A DNA stretch of 64,000 nucleotides from NCBI GenBank assembly GCA_964566035.1, contig CAZMHH010000001.1, positions 21,130-85,129 of the forward strand, written 5' to 3'. Positions 38,263-48,511 of the stretch are shown one piece after another. Every line of letters starts with the position of its first letter. Position 1 is the stretch's first letter. Origin of the DNA: an uncultured Thermodesulfobacteriota bacterium (lineage in GTDB: Bacteria; Desulfobacterota; WTBG01; CAIYCZ01; CAIRTM01). Made by a program: the position numbers and the translations under genes. The notes below the pieces were generated by a model that was not told the DNA's origin, searched no databases, and was given only the letters and a program-made list of their open reading frames with translations.

Positions 38263-39963
38263 ATGGAAATAAAAACTGATTTTCTTGTAATCGGATCAGG
38301 AATCGCTGGACTGTCTTTTGCTTTAAAAGTTCATAAATATGGAAGTGTTACCATTATTACTAAAAAAGATAAAAAAGAATCCAATACTAATTATGCCCAG
38401 GGTGGAATTGCCGCTGTTGTTGACTCGAACGATTCTTTTGAAAGCCATATACAAGATACTATAACAGCAGGAGTCGGTTTATGCAAGCATGATGTTGTAA
38501 AAACGGTTGTTATTGAAGGACCGGAGAGGATAAAGGATCTTATTGATTGGGGTGTGGATTTTTCAAAAAGATCTAAAGGTTTTGATCTTGGAAGAGAAGG
38601 CGGTCATTCTGCAAGAAGGGTGCTGCATTCAAGCGACCTTACTGGAAAAGAAATTGAGCAGGTACTTCTTAAAAAAGTGGAAGAAGCAGATAATATAACA
38701 ATATTAGAAAATCATATATGCATTGATCTTATCACAGCAAAAAAACTCGGATTAAACGGTCTTAAAACAAACATCTGCTATGGAGCTTATGTTCTTGAAA
38801 GCTACACAGGAACTGTGCACACCTTTATTGCAAAGGCGACACTTCTTGCAACAGGTGGAGCTGGAAAAACATATCTATACACAACAAATCCTGACATTTC
38901 AACCGGTGATGGAGTAGCAGTTGCCTTCAGGGCTGGAGCGAAGATAGCAAATATGGAATTTTATCAGTTCCATCCCACCTGTCTTTTCAATCCTGAAGCA
39001 AAGAATTTTCTTATTTCTGAAGCGGTACGGGGTGAGGGCGGAATTCTGAGACTTAAAGACGGAACACCTTTCATGGAGAAGTATCACTCTTTGAAAGACC
39101 TCGCTCCAAGAGATATAGTTGCAAGAGCAATTGATACAGAGTTAAAAAAAAGCGGTGATGACTGTGTGTTTCTTGATATAACACACAAGAAATTATCTTT
39201 TTTAAAACAACGATTCCCAAACATATATTCAAAATGTATGAGCTATAATATTGATATGGCATCGGTTCCAATTCCTGTTGTTCCGGCAGCCCATTATATG
39301 TGCGGTGGTGTTGTTACAGACCTGAATGGCGAAACAAACATCCACGGGCTTTTTGCATCCGGAGAGACAGCTTGCACAGGACTTCACGGAGCAAACAGGC
39401 TTGCAAGTAATTCTCTTCTTGAGGCAATTGTATTCTCTCACAGGGCATCCACAACTGCTAAAGTTTATATTAAAAACTCTCCGGCTCTATCTGTTTCAAT
39501 ACCTCCATGGGATTCTGGGAATGCAATGGATATTGATGAATCAGTTGTTATATCTCACAACTGGGACGAAATACGAAGGCTGATGTGGAACTATGTTGGA
39601 ATAGTCAGAACAGACAAACGTCTTGAAAGAGCCTGGAACAGGTTTAGACTTCTTCAAAGGGAGATACTCGACTATTACTGGAACTTTATAATCAACTCTG
39701 ATTTGATTGAACTCAGAAACATTGCCACATCAGCTGGTATTATAATTACAAGCGCTATGAGAAGAAAAGAGAGCAGAGGTCTTCATTATAATATTGATTT
39801 TCCTGAAAAATCAGAAAGGTTTGGCAAAAAAGATACAACCATTCAGATCAGGCCGAAGAAGAGCCCTGTGCTGAGCAGAAAAGCTCTATCCTCTGATGCC
39901 GGCAACAAGGGCAAACCTTCCCGCTTTTCCCTTTTCTCTTCTGTGAGAAAAGAAGATATCTGA
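38263..39963 (+). CDS. nadB: L-aspartate oxidase
   Basis: FAD-binding GSGIAGLS and fumarate reductase/succinate dehydrogenase flavoprotein-like motifs. The C-terminal about 35 aa overlap convergent pgeF and may be an over-extension. Confidence 0.85.
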   Translation: MEIKTDFLVIGSGIAGLSFALKVHKYGSVTIITKKDKKESNTNYAQGGIAAVVDSNDSFESHIQDTITAGVGLCKHDVVKTVVIEGPERIKDLIDWGVDFSKRSKGFDLGREGGHSARRVLHSSDLTGKEIEQVLLKKVEEADNITILENHICIDLITAKKLGLNGLKTNICYGAYVLESYTGTVHTFIAKATLLATGGAGKTYLYTTNPDISTGDGVAVAFRAGAKIANMEFYQFHPTCLFNPEAKNFLISEAVRGEGGILRLKDGTPFMEKYHSLKDLAPRDIVARAIDTELKKSGDDCVFLDITHKKLSFLKQRFPNIYSKCMSYNIDMASVPIPVVPAAHYMCGGVVTDLNGETNIHGLFASGETACTGLHGANRLASNSLLEAIVFSHRASTTAKVYIKNSPALSVSIPPWDSGNAMDIDESVVISHNWDEIRRLMWNYVGIVRTDKRLERAWNRFRLLQREILDYYWNFIINSDLIELRNIATSAGIIITSAMRRKESRGLHYNIDFPEKSERFGKKDTTIQIRPKKSPVLSRKALSSDAGNKGKPSRFSLFSSVRKEDI

Positions 39964-40695
39964 GTTGCAGCATGTGCATAGACCGCTGTTTTCTATGTTG
40001 CTGTTTTTAAGCCCTGCAGACAATAACTGATATTTGTTTGCCTCTTTTAAATCAATATAGAATCTGCTTGCCTCTTCTTTTATAATTTTTTCAGCATAAG
40101 GAAACGCTCTGATAAAACTTTCCATTAAAACCCTGCTTACTTCAAAACAACACTTCCCGACAGACGGGCCTATACCGGCAATGATATCTTCAGGAACAGT
40201 CTTAAATTTATTAGCCATGGCATAAACCGTCTTTGCTGCAATAGATCCCAGAGTCCCCTTCCATCCTGCATGAACAACTGCTAAAACCCCATTTTCATTA
40301 TCAAAAAGAATCAAAGGAACGCAGTCTGCAACACGTATCATCAGTAAAATTTCCGGCAGAGAAGTTATAAGGCTGTCATATCCATAAAGCAGAGGGTCTG
40401 CAAGTTGAGTTTCTGCCTGAGACGGTACCTTATCAATAATCGCAATCCTTTTACCATGAACCTGAACAGAGGAAACAAGTCTCCTGTTTTTAAAACCAAT
40501 TGCAGAAAGCAGCAGGCTATGGTTTTCAAGAATGCACTCCTCGGAATCATCTGTTGCTATACCGAGATTAAGACTTGAAAAATTGCCGCTGCTCACACCC
40601 CCGATTCTTGTTGACACACAATGACATAGAGTTGTATAACGGATTAGATTCTCAAAAACAAAAAGTCTCAAACCATTAACAAATATTTCTTTCAT
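39886..40695 (-). CDS. pgeF: Peptidoglycan editing factor PgeF (YfiH/DUF152 laccase-domain protein)
   Basis: DUF152 His/Cys motifs (HG…H…C). Confidence 0.8.
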   Translation of the reverse strand: MKEIFVNGLRLFVFENLIRYTTLCHCVSTRIGGVSSGNFSSLNLGIATDDSEECILENHSLLLSAIGFKNRRLVSSVQVHGKRIAIIDKVPSQAETQLADPLLYGYDSLITSLPEILLMIRVADCVPLILFDNENGVLAVVHAGWKGTLGSIAAKTVYAMANKFKTVPEDIIAGIGPSVGKCCFEVSRVLMESFIRAFPYAEKIIKEEASRFYIDLKEANKYQLLSAGLKNSNIENSGLCTCCNSDIFFSHRREKGKAGRFALVAGIRG

Positions 40696-40701
40696 TGTGC
40701 A

Positions 40702-40986
40702 ATGACTGTAAGAAAAAAAATTATTAAACTTTTAGAGTCTGGCTGTTGGACTGCAAAAGATATTTCAGGCAGTGAGCATATTTCAGAAAAGGACGTACTG
40801 CACCATCTTGAGCATATTCGGAAAACGGTTAAAAACAGTTTTGGTATTCAACCCGCAGTCTGTCTATCCTGTGGTTTTGTTTTTTCAAAGAGAACAAAGC
40901 TAAAGTGCCCAGGCAAATGCCCGATATGCAGGAACGAACATATTCAGGAACCCTGTTTTTTTTCTGTACCCCCCCCAAATTCGTAA
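40702..40986 (+). CDS. Small Zn-ribbon protein (CxxC…CxxC), possible wHTH regulator
   Basis: Two CxxC pairs (CLSCG, CPICR). Its start is only 7 nt from the divergent pgeF start, so the true start is uncertain. Confidence 0.3.
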   Translation: MTVRKKIIKLLESGCWTAKDISGSEHISEKDVLHHLEHIRKTVKNSFGIQPAVCLSCGFVFSKRTKLKCPGKCPICRNEHIQEPCFFSVPPPNS

Positions 40987-41684
40987 AAATTAAACTCTCC
41001 TTTTTCATGCAGAAGAAAATTTCCTGTTGTGACCGTCCATGCAGGAAGTGCATAAAATGTTTTTTTGCCATTTTTATATATCTGTTTTTGATGTCTGTGT
41101 CCGCATATAATAACATCTGTTCCATTTGCAAAACGTCTCTCCATTTCATGGGTTGTAAATTCAAACCTTGACGGAGGCTGGTTTTGTATAGTTTTTTTGC
41201 TTTTTTTTATCATCATGCCGGCTATTAAATTTTCGACAGGTCCAGGCAACACCTTGTCAAGCACCCGGATAACAGGCCATACCCTTTTTTTATAGTTTAT
41301 AAATTTTGTATCAGACAGACAGAGTGTATGACCATGGGCAACAAGTATATTCTTACGGCATAGTTCAATCTCGACCTCCTCTCCCATATATACTATCCCA
41401 AAACATGAGAGCAGTTTTGGGCTAATCAGATAATCCCTGTTTCCGAAAACAAACCCTGTTTGAAAACCATTTAAGGATATCTCCTGCATTTTTTTCAAAA
41501 CAGACATATTATTCTTGATAACTATGGAATTGTTTGCCCAGAAATCAAATAAATCCCCAAGAATAAAAAGATTGCCCTTCTGCTCTATGACCATATCTAT
41601 AAAAGATTTAAAAAGACCTTTTTTCAGGCAGTTATGGCTACTGAGATGAATATCTGCTGTAAAAAATGTTTTTTGATTATCCAT
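40944..41684 (-). CDS. Metallophosphoesterase, UDP-2,3-diacylglucosamine diphosphatase LpxH-like
   Basis: Calcineurin-like motifs DIHLS, GDLFD, GNRD and GH.H. Confidence 0.6.
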   Translation of the reverse strand: MDNQKTFFTADIHLSSHNCLKKGLFKSFIDMVIEQKGNLFILGDLFDFWANNSIVIKNNMSVLKKMQEISLNGFQTGFVFGNRDYLISPKLLSCFGIVYMGEEVEIELCRKNILVAHGHTLCLSDTKFINYKKRVWPVIRVLDKVLPGPVENLIAGMMIKKSKKTIQNQPPSRFEFTTHEMERRFANGTDVIICGHRHQKQIYKNGKKTFYALPAWTVTTGNFLLHEKGEFNFYEFGGGTEKKQGS

Positions 41685-41971
41685 AATTTAGCAGTTTGGC
41701 TGTGTTTGCAAAGCAATGAATTGTGATATGTTTACATTTCCAGGTTACAATAGTAATCGTTAATTCATCAATTCTAAGTTAAGCATTTAACCATTAGTCG
41801 GTTAGTTAACTTACTTCTCTCGCAGTCTATATTTTTTAGGTTTTTCTTGCACAATAGAAAAAACTGTACTAATATGTGCTATATAATAAAACAAATAAGA
41901 CATATTATTTATTATATTGTTTTTTTCTCTATTTAACAAACATTTTAAAACTTATTGATAAAGGATTAAAA

Positions 41972-42508
41972 ATGAACCCTGAAAATGAGCATAATACAGA
42001 AGAAGCTGCAGAGGATTCACTACTTGTCCTGTATCCTGAAAAGAAAGAGGAACTTGAAACCTACATGAAAACCCTTTCAATAGGAACTGATACAGAGATA
42101 AACAGAGGGTTTCTCATCCAGTCTCTCCATAAAGCACAACATATTTTTGGATATCTTCACGAAAGTGTCCAGTTTTATATAGCTTCCAGACTTGGCATAC
42201 ACCTTACAGAAATTTACGGTGTTATAAGCTTTTATTCCTTCTTTACAGACAAACCGGTGGGCAAATACAGAATTAATGTCTGCCTTGGCACCGCCTGTTT
42301 TGTAAAAGGAGCCGATAAAATTCTTGAGGAATTTAAAAGATATTTAAATATTGGTGAAGAAGAAACAACACCTGACAGCAAGTTCTCACTTGGCGGGCTT
42401 CGCTGTGTAGGTACTTGCAGCATGGCTCCTGTTGTTATGGTAAATGAAAGGATTTACGGACATGTAACAAACAGCAGGGTTCCAGATATTCTTCATGACT
42501 GTAAATAA
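41972..42508 (+). CDS. hydC: NuoE-like [2Fe-2S] thioredoxin-fold subunit of electron-bifurcating [FeFe]-hydrogenase (HydC)
   Basis: CLGTAC…CVGTCSMAP motif. The true start is MNPENEH, with an RBS. The ORF track starts at 41876. Confidence 0.75.
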   Translation: MNPENEHNTEEAAEDSLLVLYPEKKEELETYMKTLSIGTDTEINRGFLIQSLHKAQHIFGYLHESVQFYIASRLGIHLTEIYGVISFYSFFTDKPVGKYRINVCLGTACFVKGADKILEEFKRYLNIGEEETTPDSKFSLGGLRCVGTCSMAPVVMVNERIYGHVTNSRVPDILHDCK

Positions 42509-42633
42509 ATGATTTTAAGCAAGAAAGTTGAAAAAATATCAGGACTCGTTAAAACCAATCCTGCCACCGACTATGTTGTTTTAAACAATATGCATAACTA
42601 TTAATATAAAACCTTTAGGGAAGCTAAATTTCC

Positions 42634-44412
42634 ATGGATAAATTTAAAATATTTGTTTCAAAAAGCACATGCGCAATAGCTGCCGGAGCTGAAAAGGTAG
42701 GGGATTCACTGGTTGAAGAGGCAAAATCCTCCTTGCATAATTATAAAATTGAAATTGTAAACACTGGATGTATGGGGCTCTGCTACTGTGAACCTACAAT
42801 TGAAGTATATGACAGCAGCTCAGGTAAAGGTATAATATATGGCAATGTAAAACCTGAAAATGCACCTATTATAATAAACTCAGGTCTTTTCCCTTCACAG
42901 GGACTCGATGTTGTTGAAAAAACCTGGTACTACCCTGAAATTGAAGAAAATACAAATAATGTATCCCAGGCAAGAATAGTTCTTAAAAACAGCGGAAGGA
43001 TTGACCCTGAAAATATTGACCACTACATAGAAAAGGATGGCTATACTGCTCTGAAAAAAGCAGTTTTCACCACCCCCCATAATATTATCGACGAGATAAC
43101 AAGTTCTGGTTTAAGGGGAAGAGGAGGCGGAGGATTCCCTACAGGTGTAAAGTGGAAAACAGCATTTGAACAAGTATCTGATCAAAAATATATTATATGC
43201 AATGCTGACGAAGGCGATCCCGGTGCTTTTATGGACAGGGCTGTTTTAGAAGGAGACCCCCACAGTGTCCTTGAAGCAATGGCTATATGCGGTTATGCAA
43301 TTGGGTCTTGCCACGGAATAGTTTATATAAGAGCTGAATACCCTTTAGCAATAAACAGACTTGAAACCGCAATAAATCAGGCAAGGAAGAGAGGCTTTTT
43401 GGGAAAAAACATTTTGGATTCGCCTTTCTGTTTTGATATTGAGATTAAGTTCGGAGCCGGAGCTTTTGTATGCGGTGAGGAAACTGCCCTTATCAAATCA
43501 ATAGAAGGCAAGAGGGGAGAACCTGTTTTCAAACCCCCATATCCAGCAATATCAGGTTTATGGGGAAAACCTACTGTTGTGAACAATGTTGAAACATTTG
43601 CAAATATTCCGGCTATAATAAGAAAAAGTGCAGGCTGGTTCAGAAAAATAGGCACAGACAAATCTCCCGGAACAAAAGTGTTTGCTCTGGCTGGAAAAAT
43701 AAATAATGTTGGTCTAATTGAAGTTCCGATGGGAATATCTGTAAGGGATGTAATTTTTAATACAGGCGGCGGCATAGCAGACAACAAAGAGTTCAAAGCT
43801 GTCCAGACAGGCGGACCTTCTGGTGGATGCATAACAGCAAAAGACCTCGACACGCCCGTTGAATACGATACACTCAAGTCTCTGGGCTCAATAATGGGCT
43901 CTGGAGGTATGATTGTGATGGATAATGAGGACTGCATGGTCAATGTTGCAAGATACTTTCTTGAATTTACTCTGGATGAGTCCTGCGGTAAATGCACCCC
44001 CTGCCGGATAGGCAACAAAAGGCTTCATGAAATGTTGACAGATATCTGCAACGGCAGAGCAGATTCTGGGATTATAGCAAAACTCCGTACTCTTTCAGGA
44101 ATAATAAAAGATACTGCTCTTTGCGGTCTTGGTCAATCCTCACCAAACCCTGTAATTTCAACTCTTAACAGCTTTGAACATGAGTATCTGTCTCACATTA
44201 TTGAGAAAAAATGTCCTGCAGGAATATGCAAAAAACTAATTGTTTATACAATACAGGATAACTGCACCGGTTGTACAGTATGTGCCAGAAACTGTCCGGT
44301 TTCGTGTATAGAGGGGGAAAGGAAGAAAAAACATACAATAGATCAGAACAGATGCATAAGGTGCGGCGTCTGCTTTGCATCATGTAAATTTCATGCCATT
44401 AATAAAAAATAG
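42634..44412 (+). CDS. hydB: NuoF-like NADH-binding FMN flavoprotein subunit with N-terminal 2Fe-2S and C-terminal 2x[4Fe-4S] (HydB)
   Basis: GRGGGGFPTG FMN site, SLBB and 4Fe-4S CxxCxxCxxxCP motifs. Confidence 0.85.
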   Translation: MDKFKIFVSKSTCAIAAGAEKVGDSLVEEAKSSLHNYKIEIVNTGCMGLCYCEPTIEVYDSSSGKGIIYGNVKPENAPIIINSGLFPSQGLDVVEKTWYYPEIEENTNNVSQARIVLKNSGRIDPENIDHYIEKDGYTALKKAVFTTPHNIIDEITSSGLRGRGGGGFPTGVKWKTAFEQVSDQKYIICNADEGDPGAFMDRAVLEGDPHSVLEAMAICGYAIGSCHGIVYIRAEYPLAINRLETAINQARKRGFLGKNILDSPFCFDIEIKFGAGAFVCGEETALIKSIEGKRGEPVFKPPYPAISGLWGKPTVVNNVETFANIPAIIRKSAGWFRKIGTDKSPGTKVFALAGKINNVGLIEVPMGISVRDVIFNTGGGIADNKEFKAVQTGGPSGGCITAKDLDTPVEYDTLKSLGSIMGSGGMIVMDNEDCMVNVARYFLEFTLDESCGKCTPCRIGNKRLHEMLTDICNGRADSGIIAKLRTLSGIIKDTALCGLGQSSPNPVISTLNSFEHEYLSHIIEKKCPAGICKKLIVYTIQDNCTGCTVCARNCPVSCIEGERKKKHTIDQNRCIRCGVCFASCKFHAINKK

Positions 44413-44426
44413 GATTCTCTTTTATC

Positions 44427-46163
44427 ATGATAACACTGACCATAAACGACAAAATAATAGCAATTAATAAGGGGACGACAATTCTTGATGCTGCAAAAAA
44501 AGCAGGTATTAACATACCAACCCTATGCCATATGGACCTGGAGCCATTCAGCAATGACCATACAATAGGTTCATGCAGGGTATGCGTTGTCGAGGTTGAA
44601 GGACAATCCAACCTTGCCCCCGCATGCTGCACAGAAGTTAAAGAGGGGATGGTTGTCAGGACAAATACTCTGCGTTCAATAATAGCAAGAAGAGCAATGG
44701 TGTCGCTGCTTCTTTCCAACCATCCCAAAGACTGTCTTACCTGTGAAAAAAATCTCGAATGCGAACTGCAGCAACTTGCTATGAGCATGGGACTTCATCA
44801 TCTGATGTTTCCAGGAGAAATGGCTCACCACGCAGTTGATCTTGCAAACGAAGCTATAGTAAGGGACCCCAATAAATGTATAATGTGCCGCCGATGTGAA
44901 ACAGCATGCAATAAAATTCAGACTGTAGGGATTCTATCAGGTGTTAAAAGGGGATTTAATGCTTATGTTGCCCCTACCCTTGAAAAACCATTAAGCCAGA
45001 CAAAATGCACCTTTTGTGGACAGTGTGTTTCAGTATGCCCCACAGGTGCATTGACTGAGATGAACATAAAAAGCTCAATATGGATGGCTCTGGCAGACAG
45101 TTCAAAAACAGTTGTAGTACAGACAGCCCCTGCTGTCAGGGTTGCAATAGGAGAAGAGTTTGGAATGTCGCCAGGCAGTATAGTTACAGGAAAGCTTGTT
45201 TCAGCTTTAAGGATGCTGGGATTCAAGAGAGTCTTTGACACTGATTTTGCTGCCGACTTAACAATTATGGAGGAGGCAACTGAACTCGTTGACAGGCTTA
45301 AAACCGGAGAAAATCTGCCAATTCTTACATCCTGCTGTCCGGGGTGGGTTAAGTTTCTTGAACATCAGTTTCCGGATCTTCTCAATATACCATCTACTGC
45401 AAAATCCCCGCAACAGATGCTCGGCGCAATAACCAAAAGCTATTATGCTCAAAAAACAGGGATCAGACCTGAAGACATAATAATGGTTTCTGTGATGCCT
45501 TGTCTGTCAAAGAAATATGAGGCTTCAAGACCCGAATTTTCCAAAAACGGGGTAAGGGATGTTGATTACGTGCTTTCGACAAGAGAGCTTGCTTCAATGA
45601 TATCAGAAATTGGTATTGATTTTACAGGTCTTGACGATTCTGAGTTTGACAGTCCACTTGGTGAGTCAAGCGGAGCGGCAGTGATATTTGGAAGTTCCGG
45701 AGGAGTAATCGAGGCAGCTCTGCGCACATGTGCGGATTTTCTCACAGGCGAGAATATAAGAAACATTGACTTTCGTGAAGTAAGAGGACTGGAGGCGACA
45801 AAAGAAGCTGTTATAAGTATTGGGGGTAAAGAGCTAAGAGTGGCATGCACATCCGGGCTTGGAAACACAAGAAAGCTTCTTGAAAAGATAAGACACAAAG
45901 AGGAATTTTACCATGCAATAGAGGTTATGGCATGTCCCGGAGGGTGTTTAAACGGAGGGGGTCAGCCTTTCAGTCATTACAGAGAAGATATTCTTGAAAA
46001 AAGAAAAGAAGCAATATACAGGACAGACAGGGAAATGCCTGTAAGAAAATCTCATCAGAACCCATCGATCCAGAAACTTTACAGGGATTTTCTCGGTAAA
46101 CCCGGAAGCACAAAAGCCCATGAACTGCTCCACACCAGATATATTAAGAGGGAGAACAGATAA
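44427..46163 (+). CDS. hydA: [FeFe]-hydrogenase catalytic subunit HydA (N-terminal 2Fe-2S/4Fe-4S ferredoxin domains plus H-cluster)
   Basis: H-cluster motifs TSCCPGW, MPCxxK and MACPGGCxxGGGQP. Confidence 0.85.
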   Translation: MITLTINDKIIAINKGTTILDAAKKAGINIPTLCHMDLEPFSNDHTIGSCRVCVVEVEGQSNLAPACCTEVKEGMVVRTNTLRSIIARRAMVSLLLSNHPKDCLTCEKNLECELQQLAMSMGLHHLMFPGEMAHHAVDLANEAIVRDPNKCIMCRRCETACNKIQTVGILSGVKRGFNAYVAPTLEKPLSQTKCTFCGQCVSVCPTGALTEMNIKSSIWMALADSSKTVVVQTAPAVRVAIGEEFGMSPGSIVTGKLVSALRMLGFKRVFDTDFAADLTIMEEATELVDRLKTGENLPILTSCCPGWVKFLEHQFPDLLNIPSTAKSPQQMLGAITKSYYAQKTGIRPEDIIMVSVMPCLSKKYEASRPEFSKNGVRDVDYVLSTRELASMISEIGIDFTGLDDSEFDSPLGESSGAAVIFGSSGGVIEAALRTCADFLTGENIRNIDFREVRGLEATKEAVISIGGKELRVACTSGLGNTRKLLEKIRHKEEFYHAIEVMACPGGCLNGGGQPFSHYREDILEKRKEAIYRTDREMPVRKSHQNPSIQKLYRDFLGKPGSTKAHELLHTRYIKRENR

Positions 46164-46202
46164 GATAAAAATTGAATATTTCAAGAACCTGTTAGAATCT
46201 TG

Positions 46203-47114
46203 TCACTCAAAAATCACCAGAACATTATCAGCTTCCTGAGCTATAAATTCTCTCATTAAAACAGCAATTTTATGGAATGAATTTTCATCAATATCAAATC
46301 CGTTCTTATTGATAAAATCAAGAACCGGTGGTGTAAGTATCTTTGATGTTTCAACCTCCTCTTCTTCGTCAATACATGTAAAACCCTCAAGCTTTGTAAA
46401 AATATTTGCAAGAAAAGCAATTATTGATGCGGATGTGTTATTTTTGTCATGCCAGGGGGCATGATGATAGCATATTTGCATTACAACTCCCTGCGGAATT
46501 TTCCAGCGCTGAAGAAGGTTTGCGGCAATCTGATAATGGGTTGTTCCTAAAACTTCTTTCTCTGCCCTGCTGAAAGTAGAATTATTTTCAGTTATATAAT
46601 CAATTATTCTGGAGAAATCCTCTTTAAAATACTGAGCTATAATTAGCTTGCCTATATCATGCATCAATCCTGAAAGGAAAAAAGAACCATCATCCAATAT
46701 ATCAAAATATTTACCAAGATATTTTGACATCTGACTGCAGATAATTGAGTGCCGCCAGAATCTCTTAATATCAAGCCTGTCTCCTGCACTGTTAAAATGT
46801 TTCTGCATGGAAAAACCAAGGACAATATTTCTTACTTCATTAAAGCCAAGAAGTATAAGAGCCCTTTCAACAGTGTTTACATTGTTGATAAACCCGTAAA
46901 AGGATGAATTAGCAAGTTTCAGAATCTTCAAGGCCAAGGGCGGATCTTGTTCAACAAGATCCAAAATCTGTTTAAATGTTACATCATCTTTATTTTTAAA
47001 CAGCTTTTGAATATATTCACCAACTGCAGGTATGGTTGGAATTTCTTCTATCTTGTTTACTATTTTTTCAATTTTTTTATTTTTATCCATAATTCTGTTC
47101 TCTTTTCTGTTCAA
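46203..47114 (-). CDS. HDOD domain protein
   Basis: HD-related output domain motifs. Last gene of the GspE-like/MinD-like operon. Confidence 0.65.
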   Translation of the reverse strand: MNRKENRIMDKNKKIEKIVNKIEEIPTIPAVGEYIQKLFKNKDDVTFKQILDLVEQDPPLALKILKLANSSFYGFINNVNTVERALILLGFNEVRNIVLGFSMQKHFNSAGDRLDIKRFWRHSIICSQMSKYLGKYFDILDDGSFFLSGLMHDIGKLIIAQYFKEDFSRIIDYITENNSTFSRAEKEVLGTTHYQIAANLLQRWKIPQGVVMQICYHHAPWHDKNNTSASIIAFLANIFTKLEGFTCIDEEEEVETSKILTPPVLDFINKNGFDIDENSFHKIAVLMREFIAQEADNVLVIFE

Positions 47115-47143
47115 TAAGTCCTACGCCAGCACTGTAATCCGCT

Positions 47144-48511
47144 CTATTTTTTTTGTTCATTTTGTTGTAAATAACGTTTTGGGATATAGTTTTCAAAATC
47201 GAGTTTGATCGGCTTCTTAACACTGTTTTGAAGCTGTTCATCTGACTGTTTTGTTGATTTAATAATTCCGCTGCCATTAGAGGCTATTGATTCACGCATA
47301 AGTTTTATTTCTGAAGAGACAGAACTTATGCTTTCAACAAGTTTGTTAAAAAAAACCTGTCGATTCTGGTATGAAAAGGGGTTTTCATCCTTTGGCAAGG
47401 GCTGCTTTATATGCAATTCGTTATTATCTTCTGTTTCCTGGATTTCTGTTTTTTCTTTTATAGCAGAATCCGGGGTCAGCTCTTTTATAACCGCATCCTT
47501 CTTGTCTGGTTCATCTGTTGAAACTTTTTCGTCATAACCATTATCCTTTATTGAAGACGGCGTCAAGAATTGTTCTTTTGAAACTGCTAAAGATGGCTTT
47601 GGGGAAATATTTTCAGCAGGAGACTGGGGCTCATTCTCTACATGCCGATCAGTTTTTTCTTGATTCTCTTCTGTTGCCTTGAAATGGAGCCTTCCGGAAA
47701 ACAGAGATATAAAACGTTTTAAAAACTGGTCAGGAGTCTGATTTTGAAAACCCTCCTCTTTCTGTTTTACAAGATTTGCAGCTATTGCTCGTATGCATTT
47801 TGACGCTGAGGTTTCGGGATATAACAGAATAAAAGGTTTTTGTCTCTCTACAGCCTCTTTAACTTTTGCATCTTCAACTATAAATCCTAATGGCTGTATA
47901 TCAACGGAAAGATATTTTTTTACCACATCTCGAAATTTTATATAAGTATTTTTTGCTACATTTGTATTCTTACAGCCATTGACAACAACCTTTACAGGAG
48001 CAGAAAAACCGTTAAGGCACAATACCTTTAAAAGCGCATATCCATCAGTTAGGGAAGTCGGCTCTGAGGTTATTACCAGTGTTAAAACATTTGCCGAAAG
48101 ACAGAATGAAACAACGTTGCGTGCTACACCGGCAGAAGTGTCAAAGAAGAGATAATCATAGTTCTCAAGACATGAGAATGATTTAATAAGCTTATCAGTC
48201 TGCTCTGGCTCAAGATCAGCTATCTTTTCCACACCTGAACTACCAGGTATTATGTCAATACCGTGATAGTTTTTCATGATAATATCCTGCAGAGGAACAT
48301 CATGATAAATAACGTCCTCTATTGTCTTCTCTGTATAGATTCCAAAAAGTATATTGATATTTGCAAGCCCAAGATCGGCGTCAAAAACACATGGTAAAAA
48401 CCCCTGAGAAGCAAGCTGGACGGAGAGATTTGCTGTAAGACTTGTTTTACCCACCCCTCCTTTACCGCTTGTAATTACAATTATTTTTGTCATTTTATCA
48501 ATTGTCTCCAA
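47144..48511 (-). CDS. MinD/ParA/FlhG-family P-loop ATPase with about 200-aa low-complexity acidic C-terminal extension
   Basis: Deviant Walker A SGKGGVGKTS. The start overlaps the stop of the GspE-like gene. Confidence 0.7.
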   Translation of the reverse strand: METIDKMTKIIVITSGKGGVGKTSLTANLSVQLASQGFLPCVFDADLGLANINILFGIYTEKTIEDVIYHDVPLQDIIMKNYHGIDIIPGSSGVEKIADLEPEQTDKLIKSFSCLENYDYLFFDTSAGVARNVVSFCLSANVLTLVITSEPTSLTDGYALLKVLCLNGFSAPVKVVVNGCKNTNVAKNTYIKFRDVVKKYLSVDIQPLGFIVEDAKVKEAVERQKPFILLYPETSASKCIRAIAANLVKQKEEGFQNQTPDQFLKRFISLFSGRLHFKATEENQEKTDRHVENEPQSPAENISPKPSLAVSKEQFLTPSSIKDNGYDEKVSTDEPDKKDAVIKELTPDSAIKEKTEIQETEDNNELHIKQPLPKDENPFSYQNRQVFFNKLVESISSVSSEIKLMRESIASNGSGIIKSTKQSDEQLQNSVKKPIKLDFENYIPKRYLQQNEQKK

